This document shows, one piece after another, positions 19,429 through 28,618 of a DNA stretch of 64,000 nt. The first letter of the stretch is position 1. The number at the start of each line of letters is the position of its first letter. The stretch is taken from assembly GCA_965248635.1 (NCBI GenBank), contig OZ252114.1, positions 1,365,838-1,429,837 on the forward strand, read 5' to 3'. The notes beneath the pieces are model-generated. The model saw nothing but the letters and a program-made list of their open reading frames with translations, searched no databases and had not been told where the DNA came from. The DNA is from Acidobacteriota bacterium. Its GTDB lineage: Bacteria > Acidobacteriota > UBA6911 > RPQK01 > CBDAPI01. The translations under genes and the position numbers were made by a program.

Positions 19429-21204
19429 ATGGTAGATACGGCTCATAGTCACGCGGTTCATGAGCCTCCATCTGGATTCATCCGCAAATACATTTTCAGC
19501 AAAGATCATAAGATCATCGGCATCCAGTACTTCCTGCTGGCGCTGTTCTCGGTCTTTGTGGGGATGGCTTTGTCGATTCTGATCCGTCTCAACCTGGTCT
19601 GGGCGGGGACCGAATTCAGTTTTCTGGAGACGTTGTTCCCCCAGGGTGCACCGGGGGGCGTCATGACGCCGGAGTTCTATCTGGCGATGTTGACCATGCA
19701 CGGGACCCTGATGGTTTTCATGGTTCTGACTACGGCGCCACAGGGCGGTTTCGGAAACTACTTTCTGCCGATTCAGATCGGGGCGCTCGACATGGCGTTT
19801 CCGACCCTGAACATGCTCTCCTTCTGGTTGACCTTCGTGTCACTGATTGTTCTGCTGGCGGCGTTTTTCGTGGCCGGAGGACCGCCCATATCGGGCTGGA
19901 CAGCCTACGCCCCGCTGAGTGCGATGGGTGAGGTGGCAGGGCCCGGTCTGGGAACGGGGCAGGACCTGTGGATTTTGAGCATTGCGATCTTTTGTGTCGC
20001 CTCTCTACTGGGAGCCATCAACTTCATCACGACGACGCTGGATTTGAGGGCCAGGGGAATGACCCTGATGAGAATGCCCCTGACCTGCTGGAGCTGGTTC
20101 GTGACGGCGATTCTGGGCCTGCTGGCGTTCGGTGTACTTCTCTCGGCCGGTGTTCTGCTGCTCCTCGACAGACTGGGCGGTACCAGCTTCTTTGTGCCGG
20201 GCGGCCTGGTGGTGAGCGATCAGATGATCGATCACAAGGGCGGTTCGCCGCTCCTCTGGCAGCATCTGTTCTGGTTCTTTGGCCATCCGGAGGTGTACAT
20301 CGCCATTCTCCCCGCCATGGGTGTTACTTCTCAGGTTCTGTCGGTCTTTTCGCGCAAGCCGATCTTCGGGTACCGGGCCATGGTTTATGCCCTGTTCTCC
20401 ATCGGAATCCTGGGATTCATGGTTTGGGGCCACCACATGTTCATGAGCGGCATGAGTCCCTACTCGGCCATCGCATTCTCGCTCATAACCACAGCCATCG
20501 CAGTGCCCTCGGCCATCAAGACCTTCAACTGGCTGGGCACTCTGTGGGGCGGGAAGATCCGCTTCGACTCTCCCATGCTTTTCGCCGTCGGTTTCGTTTC
20601 CCTGTTCGTGAGTGGAGGACTGGGCGGCCTGTTCCTGAATCAGCCCTCCACGGATGTGTATCTTCACGACACTTATTTCGTGGTGGGCCACTTTCACCTG
20701 GTCATGGGGGTTGCGTCTATCTTTGGAATCTTCACCGCGACCTACTACTGGTTCCCGAAAATGTTCGGCCGCCAGATGAGCGAGGGGCTCGGAAAACTCC
20801 ACTTCTGGATCACCTTTGTAGGCGTGAACGCCATCTTTATGCCCATGCACTTTCTGGGCATGGAGGGCCATCCGCGTCGCTATCCGGAGCTTTCGGGGTT
20901 CAACTTTCTCGCCGAACTCGGGCCGCTGCACATGTTCATCACGATTGCGGCTTTCGTGACGATTTCGGTCCAGTTTGTCTTTCTCTTCAATTTCATCTGG
21001 TCACTGTTCAAGGGCCCGAAGGCCCCAATGAATCCCTGGAATGCAACGACGCTCGAGTGGGAAATTCCGTCACCGCCGCCTCACGACAACTTTGGGGACC
21101 GGCAGGTGGTGGTTCACCATGGACCTTACGAGTACAGTGTTCCCGATCGGGAGAAGGATTTTGTCATGCAGACCGAGGGCAAAAGGAAAGAGACCGAGGC
21201 TTAG
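19429..21204 (+). CDS. ctaD: Cytochrome c oxidase subunit I
   Basis: 591 aa, 12+ TM helices, conserved heme-copper oxidase histidines (GHPEVYI...). Confidence 0.95.
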   Translation: MVDTAHSHAVHEPPSGFIRKYIFSKDHKIIGIQYFLLALFSVFVGMALSILIRLNLVWAGTEFSFLETLFPQGAPGGVMTPEFYLAMLTMHGTLMVFMVLTTAPQGGFGNYFLPIQIGALDMAFPTLNMLSFWLTFVSLIVLLAAFFVAGGPPISGWTAYAPLSAMGEVAGPGLGTGQDLWILSIAIFCVASLLGAINFITTTLDLRARGMTLMRMPLTCWSWFVTAILGLLAFGVLLSAGVLLLLDRLGGTSFFVPGGLVVSDQMIDHKGGSPLLWQHLFWFFGHPEVYIAILPAMGVTSQVLSVFSRKPIFGYRAMVYALFSIGILGFMVWGHHMFMSGMSPYSAIAFSLITTAIAVPSAIKTFNWLGTLWGGKIRFDSPMLFAVGFVSLFVSGGLGGLFLNQPSTDVYLHDTYFVVGHFHLVMGVASIFGIFTATYYWFPKMFGRQMSEGLGKLHFWITFVGVNAIFMPMHFLGMEGHPRRYPELSGFNFLAELGPLHMFITIAAFVTISVQFVFLFNFIWSLFKGPKAPMNPWNATTLEWEIPSPPPHDNFGDRQVVVHHGPYEYSVPDREKDFVMQTEGKRKETEA

Positions 21205-21210
21205 CCGGAC

Positions 21211-21855
21211 ATGTCCACCATCGTGCGACCTCTTGCCACCGATCGACAGCCCGGTTCCGGCCCAGGGGGAGGTGTCTTCGACCTGCCTCCGGGCACTGGT
21301 GGAAGCGGTGGGCCGGGGGCCTTTCCCAACGCCCAGCGCCGTTACTACACGGGCATGATGGTTGGGCTGGCCGGGATTCTGATGCTCTTTACCGGGTTTA
21401 CGAGTGCCTTTCTGGTGCGTCGAGGATTAGCAGAAGACTGGCAGTCCATCCCCTTGCCCACCCTGTTGTGGGTGAATGCGCTGGTTCTGCTGCTCAGCAG
21501 TGGCTGTCTGGAAATGGCCCGCAAACGGGTCCATGAGATCGCTTCACTGCGGAAATGGTGGCTGGCGGCGACGGTTCTGGGAGTGGCCTTCCTGGTTGGC
21601 CAAATAGTCGTCTGGAATCAGCTCTGGAATGCCGGTCTTTTTCTGGGCACCAATCCGAGCAGTTCGTTCTTTTATGTTTTAACCGCGACTCATGGAATCC
21701 ATCTGCTGGGGGGCGTCATCGCGCTGCTGGTCCTGAGCGGGAAGCTGTGGAAGGGCCTCTTGAGTCGAATGCACGCCGATGTGATGGCCCTGTACTGGCA
21801 TTTCATGGATGGGCTGTGGGTGTTCCTGCTGCTCTTGTTTGTAATTGCGAGGTGA
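21211..21855 (+). CDS. ctaE: Cytochrome c oxidase subunit III family protein (paralog 1)
   Basis: 214 aa, C-terminal YWHFMDGLWVFLL motif of subunit III. Confidence 0.8.
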   Translation: MSTIVRPLATDRQPGSGPGGGVFDLPPGTGGSGGPGAFPNAQRRYYTGMMVGLAGILMLFTGFTSAFLVRRGLAEDWQSIPLPTLLWVNALVLLLSSGCLEMARKRVHEIASLRKWWLAATVLGVAFLVGQIVVWNQLWNAGLFLGTNPSSSFFYVLTATHGIHLLGGVIALLVLSGKLWKGLLSRMHADVMALYWHFMDGLWVFLLLLFVIAR

Positions 21856-21860
21856 CCTAG

Positions 21861-22472
21861 ATGGCAAACGCTAGAACGGGGCTCTGGGGCGGGGGAGGCT
21901 CTCCCTTTGCCATGGGCTCCAAGAAGCTGGGAATGTGGTTGTTCATTCTCTCCGACGCGTTGACCTTCTCAGCGATGCTCTTTGCCTACAGTTATGTCAG
22001 GGTGGCCAATCCGGACTGGCCCAGACCGTTTGACGGTCACAGCATCTTCTGGGCCAGCGTCATGACTTTCTGCCTGCTCTCCAGTTCACTGACGATGGTG
22101 CTGGCGGTGGGGGCGGCAGGTCGCGGAGACCGCAAGAAAGCCGTCCGCTGGATCCTGGCCACAATCGTGGGAGGTCTGCTATTCGTCATATTGCACACCA
22201 ACGAGTGGATGGGACTGATCCATGAGGGAGTGACCCCTTTCGACAATCCGTGGGGAGTGCCACTCTTTGGTGCAACCTTCTTCACTCTGACCGGCCTGCA
22301 CATGACTCACGTGACACTGGGTGTCATCTACCTGGGCGTGGTTGCCTGGGGCTTTGGGGGCGGGCGCTTTAACGCGGAAGATGTCGAGGTGAGCGGTCTC
22401 TACTGGCACTTTGTCGATCTGGTCTGGATGTTCATCTTTCCCCTTGTCTATCTGATGTCAAACCAAATCTAG
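21861..22472 (+). CDS. ctaE: Cytochrome c oxidase subunit III family protein (paralog 2)
   Basis: 203 aa, YWHFVDLVWMFIFP subunit-III motif. Tandem to the first copy. Confidence 0.8.
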   Translation: MANARTGLWGGGGSPFAMGSKKLGMWLFILSDALTFSAMLFAYSYVRVANPDWPRPFDGHSIFWASVMTFCLLSSSLTMVLAVGAAGRGDRKKAVRWILATIVGGLLFVILHTNEWMGLIHEGVTPFDNPWGVPLFGATFFTLTGLHMTHVTLGVIYLGVVAWGFGGGRFNAEDVEVSGLYWHFVDLVWMFIFPLVYLMSNQI

Positions 22473-22485
22473 CAGTGAAAAGCCT

Positions 22486-22776
22486 ATGAGTTCTCACGAT
22501 CACACGAAAGCGTATCTGATTGTCTGGAGTGGCCTCCTCGCCTTGACTATTCTGGAGGTCATTCTGGCATACACCAGCCTGGCCGTGACCGTCATGCTAG
22601 TGACGCTGCTGGTGCTGTCCTTTGTCAAGACCGGCCTGATCGTCGCTTATTTTATGCACATGAAGTTCGAGCGCAGAAGTCTGTTCTGGACTTTGATCCC
22701 GGCGACCGTCATCTGCATCGCGCTGCTGTCGGTTTTCTTCGCTGACAGCCTGCGCATTCTTCAACTCGGGAACTAA
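22486..22776 (+). CDS. ctaF: Cytochrome c oxidase subunit IV (prokaryotic CoxD/CtaF family)
   Basis: 96 aa, three TM helices, position after the subunit-III genes. Confidence 0.7.
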   Translation: MSSHDHTKAYLIVWSGLLALTILEVILAYTSLAVTVMLVTLLVLSFVKTGLIVAYFMHMKFERRSLFWTLIPATVICIALLSVFFADSLRILQLGN

Positions 22777-22781
22777 GTCAA

Positions 22782-23024
22782 TTGAACCAGGGAATCCGGG
22801 CACTGATTGTTTTCCTCACCGGTTCCAGTACTGTGCATCTGGGACTGGCCCAGGGCTGCGCCATGTGTAAGAGCAGCCTGGCAGCCCAGGGACAGAACGT
22901 CGTCGGTGCCTTGCAACTGGGGATCGTCGTCCTCCTGATCCCGCCGCTCGCGATCATGGGAACCTTTCTCTACATCGCCTTTCGACAAGAGGACAATGCG
23001 TCCCCGCCGCCGCCCGGGTCTTGA
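22782..23024 (+). CDS. Small membrane protein with CxxC motif (possible oxidase accessory/assembly protein)
   Basis: 80 aa, single TM, GCAMC motif. Start uncertain (internal Met possible). Confidence 0.35.
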   Translation: MNQGIRALIVFLTGSSTVHLGLAQGCAMCKSSLAAQGQNVVGALQLGIVVLLIPPLAIMGTFLYIAFRQEDNASPPPPGS

Positions 23025-23089
23025 ACAAGAGTTGAGCAGATTGAAATAATATAGGCCTGACTTTTGTTGAGCGTGAGTTATTTGGAAAT

Positions 23090-23620
23090 ATGGCAAATCA
23101 AGTCGTAAGAAAAAAGGGCGTGAAAGGGGACCAGCAGGACAAGGGACAGATCCGGCGGCGTAACTTCACGTACGCCTGTATCTTCAGCTTTCTCGGCGCC
23201 AATTTCCTCATGACTCTTCGCTTCTTTTTCCCTCGCACGTTGTTCGAACCCAAGAGCAGTTTTACGATCGGGTATCCGGGGGATTTCGGTTTCGGGATCG
23301 ACACGCGTTTCCAGCAAAAGTATCGAATCTGGGTAGTACGAAACGCCGAGCGCCTGTTTGTGATTTATGCCCGCTGCACGCATCTGGGCTGCACGCCCGA
23401 CTGGGTGGAGAGCGAGAACAAATTCAAATGTCCCTGCCATGGAAGCGGGTACGACAATGAGGGTGTCAACTTTGAGGGGCCGGCACCACGCCCTATGGAC
23501 CGGGCCAAACTGTCGTTGGATGCACAGGGTCAGATCGTGGTCGATGTCAGTCAACTTTTTCAGAGCCCACCCGGGGCCCCCAGCACCTTCGACAACAGTG
23601 GTGCTTTTTTAACCGTTTAA
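23090..23620 (+). CDS. Rieske [2Fe-2S] iron-sulfur protein of a cytochrome bc-type complex
   Basis: 176 aa, N-terminal TM anchor, cluster-binding boxes CTHLGC and CPCHGS. Confidence 0.9.
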   Translation: MANQVVRKKGVKGDQQDKGQIRRRNFTYACIFSFLGANFLMTLRFFFPRTLFEPKSSFTIGYPGDFGFGIDTRFQQKYRIWVVRNAERLFVIYARCTHLGCTPDWVESENKFKCPCHGSGYDNEGVNFEGPAPRPMDRAKLSLDAQGQIVVDVSQLFQSPPGAPSTFDNSGAFLTV

Positions 23621-23654
23621 TAAGCCTCCAGGAACCGACCATAAGGGTAAGGAT

Positions 23655-24566
23655 ATGCCGGACGATCCAGTTTCGACTGAGCCAGGCAAAAAAAAGGACT
23701 CATCTTCGGTCATAGCCAAGGTCAAGGATGGCATTCAGCCCTTCATTGACAAGGGCAAAGAAGATCTGAAGTCGGCTCAGGACTACAAGAAAACCCAGCT
23801 CTGGAAATCGGTCTTTCGCCACAAGCTGGATGAAACACCCCGGACTCGAGCTCTGGCGGTATTGACCAATGTTTTCCTGCACCTTCATCCGGCCAAGGTC
23901 AATCGAGATGCGGTCCGGTTCAGTTATACCTGGGGCATGGGAGGCATCAGTTTCTATCTCTTTTTCGTCTTGACCATCACGGGCGTGTTCCTGATGTTCT
24001 ATTACCACCCGACCAAGGGACAGGCCTTCGCCGACATCATGTACCTGGAAAACGATGTGCCTTTTGGGGGTTTGCTTCGCAACATGCATCGCTGGGCCGC
24101 CCATGCCATGATCATCACGGTGTGGCTGCACATGCTTCGAGTCTTCCTGACCGGTTCCTACAAGACGCCCCGGGAGTTCAACTGGACGATCGGAGTCATT
24201 CTTCTGGTTCTCACGCTCCTTCTATCCTTTACCGGATACCTGCTGCCGGATGATCAACTCGGCTTCTGGGCGGTAACGGTCGGTACCAGCATGGCCAGGG
24301 CAACCCCTCTTCTGGGGCATGAGGGCCCGTTCGGTCCGGAGCTGGGCATGACAGCCTTCAACGATGTTCGCTTTGCCCTTCTGGGGGGGTCGATTGTCGA
24401 CGCCAATGCCCTGCTGCGGTCTTATATCTGGCATTGTATTGCCATTCCTCTGATTCTTTCGGCGCTGCTGGCGGTGCACTTCTGGCGGGTGCGAAAGGAT
24501 GGGAGTATCTCGGGACCATCTCCGGTGGTACTTGAATCCGAGCTGAAGAAGAAATTCAAAATCTGA
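23655..24566 (+). CDS. Cytochrome b, N-terminal (b6-like) subunit
   Basis: 303 aa, four TM helices with heme-ligand histidines (NMHRWAAHAMI, WHCIAIP), Lys-rich N-terminal extension. Confidence 0.85.
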   Translation: MPDDPVSTEPGKKKDSSSVIAKVKDGIQPFIDKGKEDLKSAQDYKKTQLWKSVFRHKLDETPRTRALAVLTNVFLHLHPAKVNRDAVRFSYTWGMGGISFYLFFVLTITGVFLMFYYHPTKGQAFADIMYLENDVPFGGLLRNMHRWAAHAMIITVWLHMLRVFLTGSYKTPREFNWTIGVILLVLTLLLSFTGYLLPDDQLGFWAVTVGTSMARATPLLGHEGPFGPELGMTAFNDVRFALLGGSIVDANALLRSYIWHCIAIPLILSALLAVHFWRVRKDGSISGPSPVVLESELKKKFKI

Positions 24567-24604
24567 ATCGGCACCAAAACGGGCAGGTAAAAGAGGGTTA
24601 ATCA

Positions 24605-25534
24605 ATGGGTCAGCTTTGGGAAATCGTCTCGCTCCCTGACAATCTTCCGATTGTCTTCTTGCTGGTGCTGGTTCCTTTTTTTCTGTGGTACGGCTTGCGG
24701 CAGGCCTTTGCCAACGATCGACTGATTGCCCGACTGGAAGCCGATCCGCAGCTTGCCAAGACTCACCACCGCAAGAACGAGCCTTTTCGAGAGGGTTGGG
24801 ATCAGAAGGTCCATGTGTGGCCTTACCTGCTTCGCATCGAGCTCCTGGCTGCAGTGATCGTGACCTTGGTGCTGATGGTCTGGTCCATCGCGCTGAACGC
24901 TCCGCTGGAGGAGCCGGCCAATCCCAATCTCACCATGAATCCGGCCAAAGCTCCCTGGTACTTTCTGGGCCTGCAGGAGATGCTGGTCTATTTCGATCCC
25001 TGGATCGCGGGAGTCGTCATGCCGACTCTGATCGTCATGGGATTGATGGCGATTCCTTATGCCGACAAGAACCCTCTTGGAAACGGTTACTACACTTTCC
25101 GGCAGAGAAAATTTGCCATTCTCGCCTTCTGCTTCGGCTTCGTGATCCTGTGGGTTTCCTTCATCCTGGTTGGAACCTTTATCCGTGGTCCCGGGTGGAT
25201 GTGGTTCTGGCCCGGTGAGATTTGGGATCATCACAAGCTCGTCTTCGAGACGAATCGCCATCTGCACGAGATCCTGGGAGTGACCACCCAACCCTGGAAG
25301 GGAATGGTCGGAGGCATGGCCGTCGGGCTCTATTTTCTTGTGGCCGGCTGGATCTGTCACCGATTTGTGGTCTGGAATGACTTTACACGTCGAATTTACG
25401 CACAGATGACGCTGACCCAGTATCTGATCCTCCAGTTCTTCATGACCACGATGATCTCGCTCCCGGTAAAAATGGCTCTCAAGCTGCTCTTTCGGATTAA
25501 GTACGTGATGGTGACTCCATGGTTCAACATATAA
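24605..25534 (+). CDS. Cytochrome b C-terminal part / subunit IV-like (PetD-like)
   Basis: 309 aa. PEWY-type motif (APWYFLGLQEM) of b6f subunit IV / cyt b C-terminal domain. No heme c motif. Confidence 0.8.
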   Translation: MGQLWEIVSLPDNLPIVFLLVLVPFFLWYGLRQAFANDRLIARLEADPQLAKTHHRKNEPFREGWDQKVHVWPYLLRIELLAAVIVTLVLMVWSIALNAPLEEPANPNLTMNPAKAPWYFLGLQEMLVYFDPWIAGVVMPTLIVMGLMAIPYADKNPLGNGYYTFRQRKFAILAFCFGFVILWVSFILVGTFIRGPGWMWFWPGEIWDHHKLVFETNRHLHEILGVTTQPWKGMVGGMAVGLYFLVAGWICHRFVVWNDFTRRIYAQMTLTQYLILQFFMTTMISLPVKMALKLLFRIKYVMVTPWFNI

Positions 25535-28500
25535 AAGGCTGGTTCAGGAAGCTTGACGAGCGCCCGGTGCCTGAAAAGGACCCGGTCGTCTACTCGTCCC
25601 TGGGAACGCTGCTGGCCATCTTTTCCCTCCTCATGATGTTGAGTCTGGTGTGGGCCTTCTATCAAGAGATGGTGGGACTGCGGCCCTGGCGCCAGTACCA
25701 GGAGGAGTTTGCTGGACTGTATCGGGATGCGCTGGAGGACCTGCGACCCATGAGGGAGCAGGAAGTTGTGGAAATCAAGGCCAGTTCCGGTTATCAGCAA
25801 CTGGAAGAGGAACTCCTCGAAGCGGAGAACCAGATTGCCTCGGATCTGAAAGGACTGGAGGAAGAGGAGGGTCAGATCCGGGCCCAGCTGACCGCAATCA
25901 CCAAACCCTTCGCCGGTGCCCGCAGCGAGCTCCAGGCCACGATCTATGGGCTGGAAACCGCTCAGGGAGCCAAAGAAGGACTGAGTAGCAGGGTCGAGGA
26001 GCTGAAGCAGCGATCTTATGAGTTCGAGATGCCGGATGGGACCCAGACCTTCACCTATCTGGAGCTCGAGGAACTGTTCACGGATCTGAAGGCTCGCCAG
26101 GGAGAAGTCCAATCCAGAAAGTCGCGGGTACTGAGCGAGCCCGGGGAGTTGCGCGCGGAGCGCGATACCTACCTGAAGAACCGGTTGACCGGACTTACCG
26201 AGACGCAGATCGACGGGCTGATTGCTGGTGTTGACGCCTCGCAAGTTGATATCAGGCAGATTCACAACGCCGAAATGAACCTGGTGGACCGCTGTGAATC
26301 GTGCCATCTCGGCATTAAGCAGCCGGTCAAGCTCACGCCTGACAACATGGGTGGGAAGCGGCTTTTTGTCAGTCACCCTCGCAAGGGGATGTTGACCACC
26401 CACGACCCCGAGGTCTTCGGCTGCTCGCCCTGCCACAATGGCAACGGGATCGGGACGGTCAGCGCGACCAGAGCGCACGGGAGGTACAAGCACTGGCTAT
26501 GGCCTCTCCACCACCCTGAGAATTTCGAAGCCGGCTGCATTCAATGTCACCTTCTGGACCGCCAGCTCGAGGGCGCCGAGACTTTCAACGCAGCCAAAGA
26601 TCTGTTCCAGAACCGCGGCTGTCGGGGTTGTCATGCCTATGATGGATTTGATGTCGAGCCTGCCCGGATGAGGGAGGCCCTCAAGGGCATCTCCGATTTG
26701 CAGGCCGAGAAGGAAGCGACTCAGGTCGAGATCGAAAGGCTGATTGAGCAGGCGGAAACCGCCGAAACCAATGAGGGATTCAAGCAGCTTAACGCAGAGG
26801 CCACCAGCAAGACTCTGCGGCTTGCGGAGATCGATGCTGATGCCCGCACGATGGATGCCCGTCTGGATGAACTGCTGATGGAGCGCAAGAAGCCGGCTCC
26901 CAACCTGAAGGAGGTTCGAAACAAGCTGCGCCGGGAATGGATCCCGGTCTGGCTCAAGTCGCCCCAGGCGTTCAGGCCGAAAACGAAAATGCCGCAGTTC
27001 CGTCTGACGGATAAGGAGATCGAAGCCATCTCCGCTTTTGTCTGGCAATCGGGGATACGTGAAGGGATCCCTTCACACCCTCCCGGGGATGCGGTACAGG
27101 GCCGGCAACTCTTCGAGTCTCGAGGATGCTTGGCCTGTCACTCGGTGGGCGAGGACGAGGATTCCGTGGGCGGCACTTTTGCAGCGAACCTGAGTCGCGT
27201 GAGCGAGAAGGCAAACTACGATTATCTGGTGCGCTGGGTGCATAACCCGCGAGAACGGACTCTGCCCTATGACCCCGTTCTGCAGAGGGATGTCACCAGG
27301 GAAGACTATGAGAGTCGCGGCCTTCCTTTCCAGTTCGATCTCAACAACAACAAGAGCCCCCTGGGCGATCACTCCCTGCAGGTACAGAATGAGACGGTAA
27401 TGCCCAATTTGAGATTGAGCGGGGAAGAGTCCCAGGATATCGCAGCCTACCTGATGACCTTGAAAAGAGAGGATGTTGCGTACCCGCCCACACCTTTCAT
27501 GGAGGATTCACAGCTCTTCGACCGCGGACGTTTCCTGGTACGGCACTACGGGTGTGCCGGCTGCCACGAGATTGCCACGCTCGAGGAGGAAGGGAAGATC
27601 GGAACCGACCTCACGGGGGAGGGCAGCAAACCCATCGAACGGCTCGATTTTGCCTTGCTGACGCACCATGCCAAGGGAGAGGGCTGGTACAACCACAAAG
27701 GTTTCTTCGACCACAAGCTCGAGAATCCGGCCATCTTCGACGAGGGGAAGATCAAGAAGGAGCTGGAAGAGCTCAGAATGCCCAATTTCCACTTCACCGA
27801 GGAGGAAATTGATCAGCTAACCTCCTTCCTGCTGGGAAGCGTCGAGTCCAAGATTCCGGAGCAGTTTCATTACAGGCCGAAGGATGACAGGCAGGACATC
27901 CAGAAAGGCTGGTGGGTGGTCAGGAAGTACAACTGCCAGGCCTGCCACCAGTTCACTCCGGAACAGGAAACAGTCCTCGAGACTCTCGACCAGTATCAAA
28001 GCGATCGGGCCGAGAAGCTTCCTCCCAGCCTGGTCGGTGAGGGGGCGAGGACCAACCCCGACTGGCTGAAAGGATTTCTCAAGAACCCCGCCTTGAGTGC
28101 CACCGACGTGCACCACAACGGTGTCCGGCCTTACCTGGACGTCCGCATGCCGACATTCAGTCTTTCGAACGGTGAAATCGGGGTCCTTCTCCGCTTCTTC
28201 GCGGCCCTTTCGAAGCAGCCGCTACCCTATCTGCCGCAGCGTCTCGAGCCACTCTCGGGGCACGAAACCAGGCTGGCCCGCGAGTTGTTTACCAGCAATG
28301 CCGCGCCCTGCCTGCGCTGCCACGCTACCGGGGACCCGAGGACGGACATGGACAAGACGGCTCCCGACTTTACGCTGGTCGCGGAAAGGCTCAAACCCGA
28401 TTGGACTCAGCGCTGGATCGTTCATCCCGAGATCATCCGTCCCGGCACCACCATGCCGTCGGAGTTGTTCCGCCGGGAGGGCAATCGCTGGGTCTTTGCT

Positions 28501-28611
28501 CTGGCCAACTTTCCCAGTTTTCGCGACTACGCAGAGGACCACTCCTGGCTTGTGGTACGCTACATGTTTGAATACACTCCGGAGGAACAACGGAGGCTGA
28601 TGGGCAGGTAG
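25519..28611 (+). CDS. Membrane-anchored octaheme c-type cytochrome (bc-complex associated)
   Basis: 1030 aa, one N-terminal TM helix, long coiled-coil. Eight CxxCH motifs: CESCH, CSPCH, CIQCH, CRGCH, CLACH, CAGCH, CQACH, CLRCH. The last four are each in a class-I cytochrome c-like module. Confidence 0.85.
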   Translation: MVQHIKGWFRKLDERPVPEKDPVVYSSLGTLLAIFSLLMMLSLVWAFYQEMVGLRPWRQYQEEFAGLYRDALEDLRPMREQEVVEIKASSGYQQLEEELLEAENQIASDLKGLEEEEGQIRAQLTAITKPFAGARSELQATIYGLETAQGAKEGLSSRVEELKQRSYEFEMPDGTQTFTYLELEELFTDLKARQGEVQSRKSRVLSEPGELRAERDTYLKNRLTGLTETQIDGLIAGVDASQVDIRQIHNAEMNLVDRCESCHLGIKQPVKLTPDNMGGKRLFVSHPRKGMLTTHDPEVFGCSPCHNGNGIGTVSATRAHGRYKHWLWPLHHPENFEAGCIQCHLLDRQLEGAETFNAAKDLFQNRGCRGCHAYDGFDVEPARMREALKGISDLQAEKEATQVEIERLIEQAETAETNEGFKQLNAEATSKTLRLAEIDADARTMDARLDELLMERKKPAPNLKEVRNKLRREWIPVWLKSPQAFRPKTKMPQFRLTDKEIEAISAFVWQSGIREGIPSHPPGDAVQGRQLFESRGCLACHSVGEDEDSVGGTFAANLSRVSEKANYDYLVRWVHNPRERTLPYDPVLQRDVTREDYESRGLPFQFDLNNNKSPLGDHSLQVQNETVMPNLRLSGEESQDIAAYLMTLKREDVAYPPTPFMEDSQLFDRGRFLVRHYGCAGCHEIATLEEEGKIGTDLTGEGSKPIERLDFALLTHHAKGEGWYNHKGFFDHKLENPAIFDEGKIKKELEELRMPNFHFTEEEIDQLTSFLLGSVESKIPEQFHYRPKDDRQDIQKGWWVVRKYNCQACHQFTPEQETVLETLDQYQSDRAEKLPPSLVGEGARTNPDWLKGFLKNPALSATDVHHNGVRPYLDVRMPTFSLSNGEIGVLLRFFAALSKQPLPYLPQRLEPLSGHETRLARELFTSNAAPCLRCHATGDPRTDMDKTAPDFTLVAERLKPDWTQRWIVHPEIIRPGTTMPSELFRREGNRWVFALANFPSFRDYAEDHSWLVVRYMFEYTPEEQRRLMGR

Positions 28612-28618
28612 AGAAAGG

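Noticed and set aside
19968-21536. 522-aa plus-strand ORF overlapping ctaD/ctaE in another frame
   Set aside because: It is out of frame with cytochrome oxidase subunit I, whose frame has unmistakable conservation. The alternative frame is Arg/Gly/Pro-rich nonsense.
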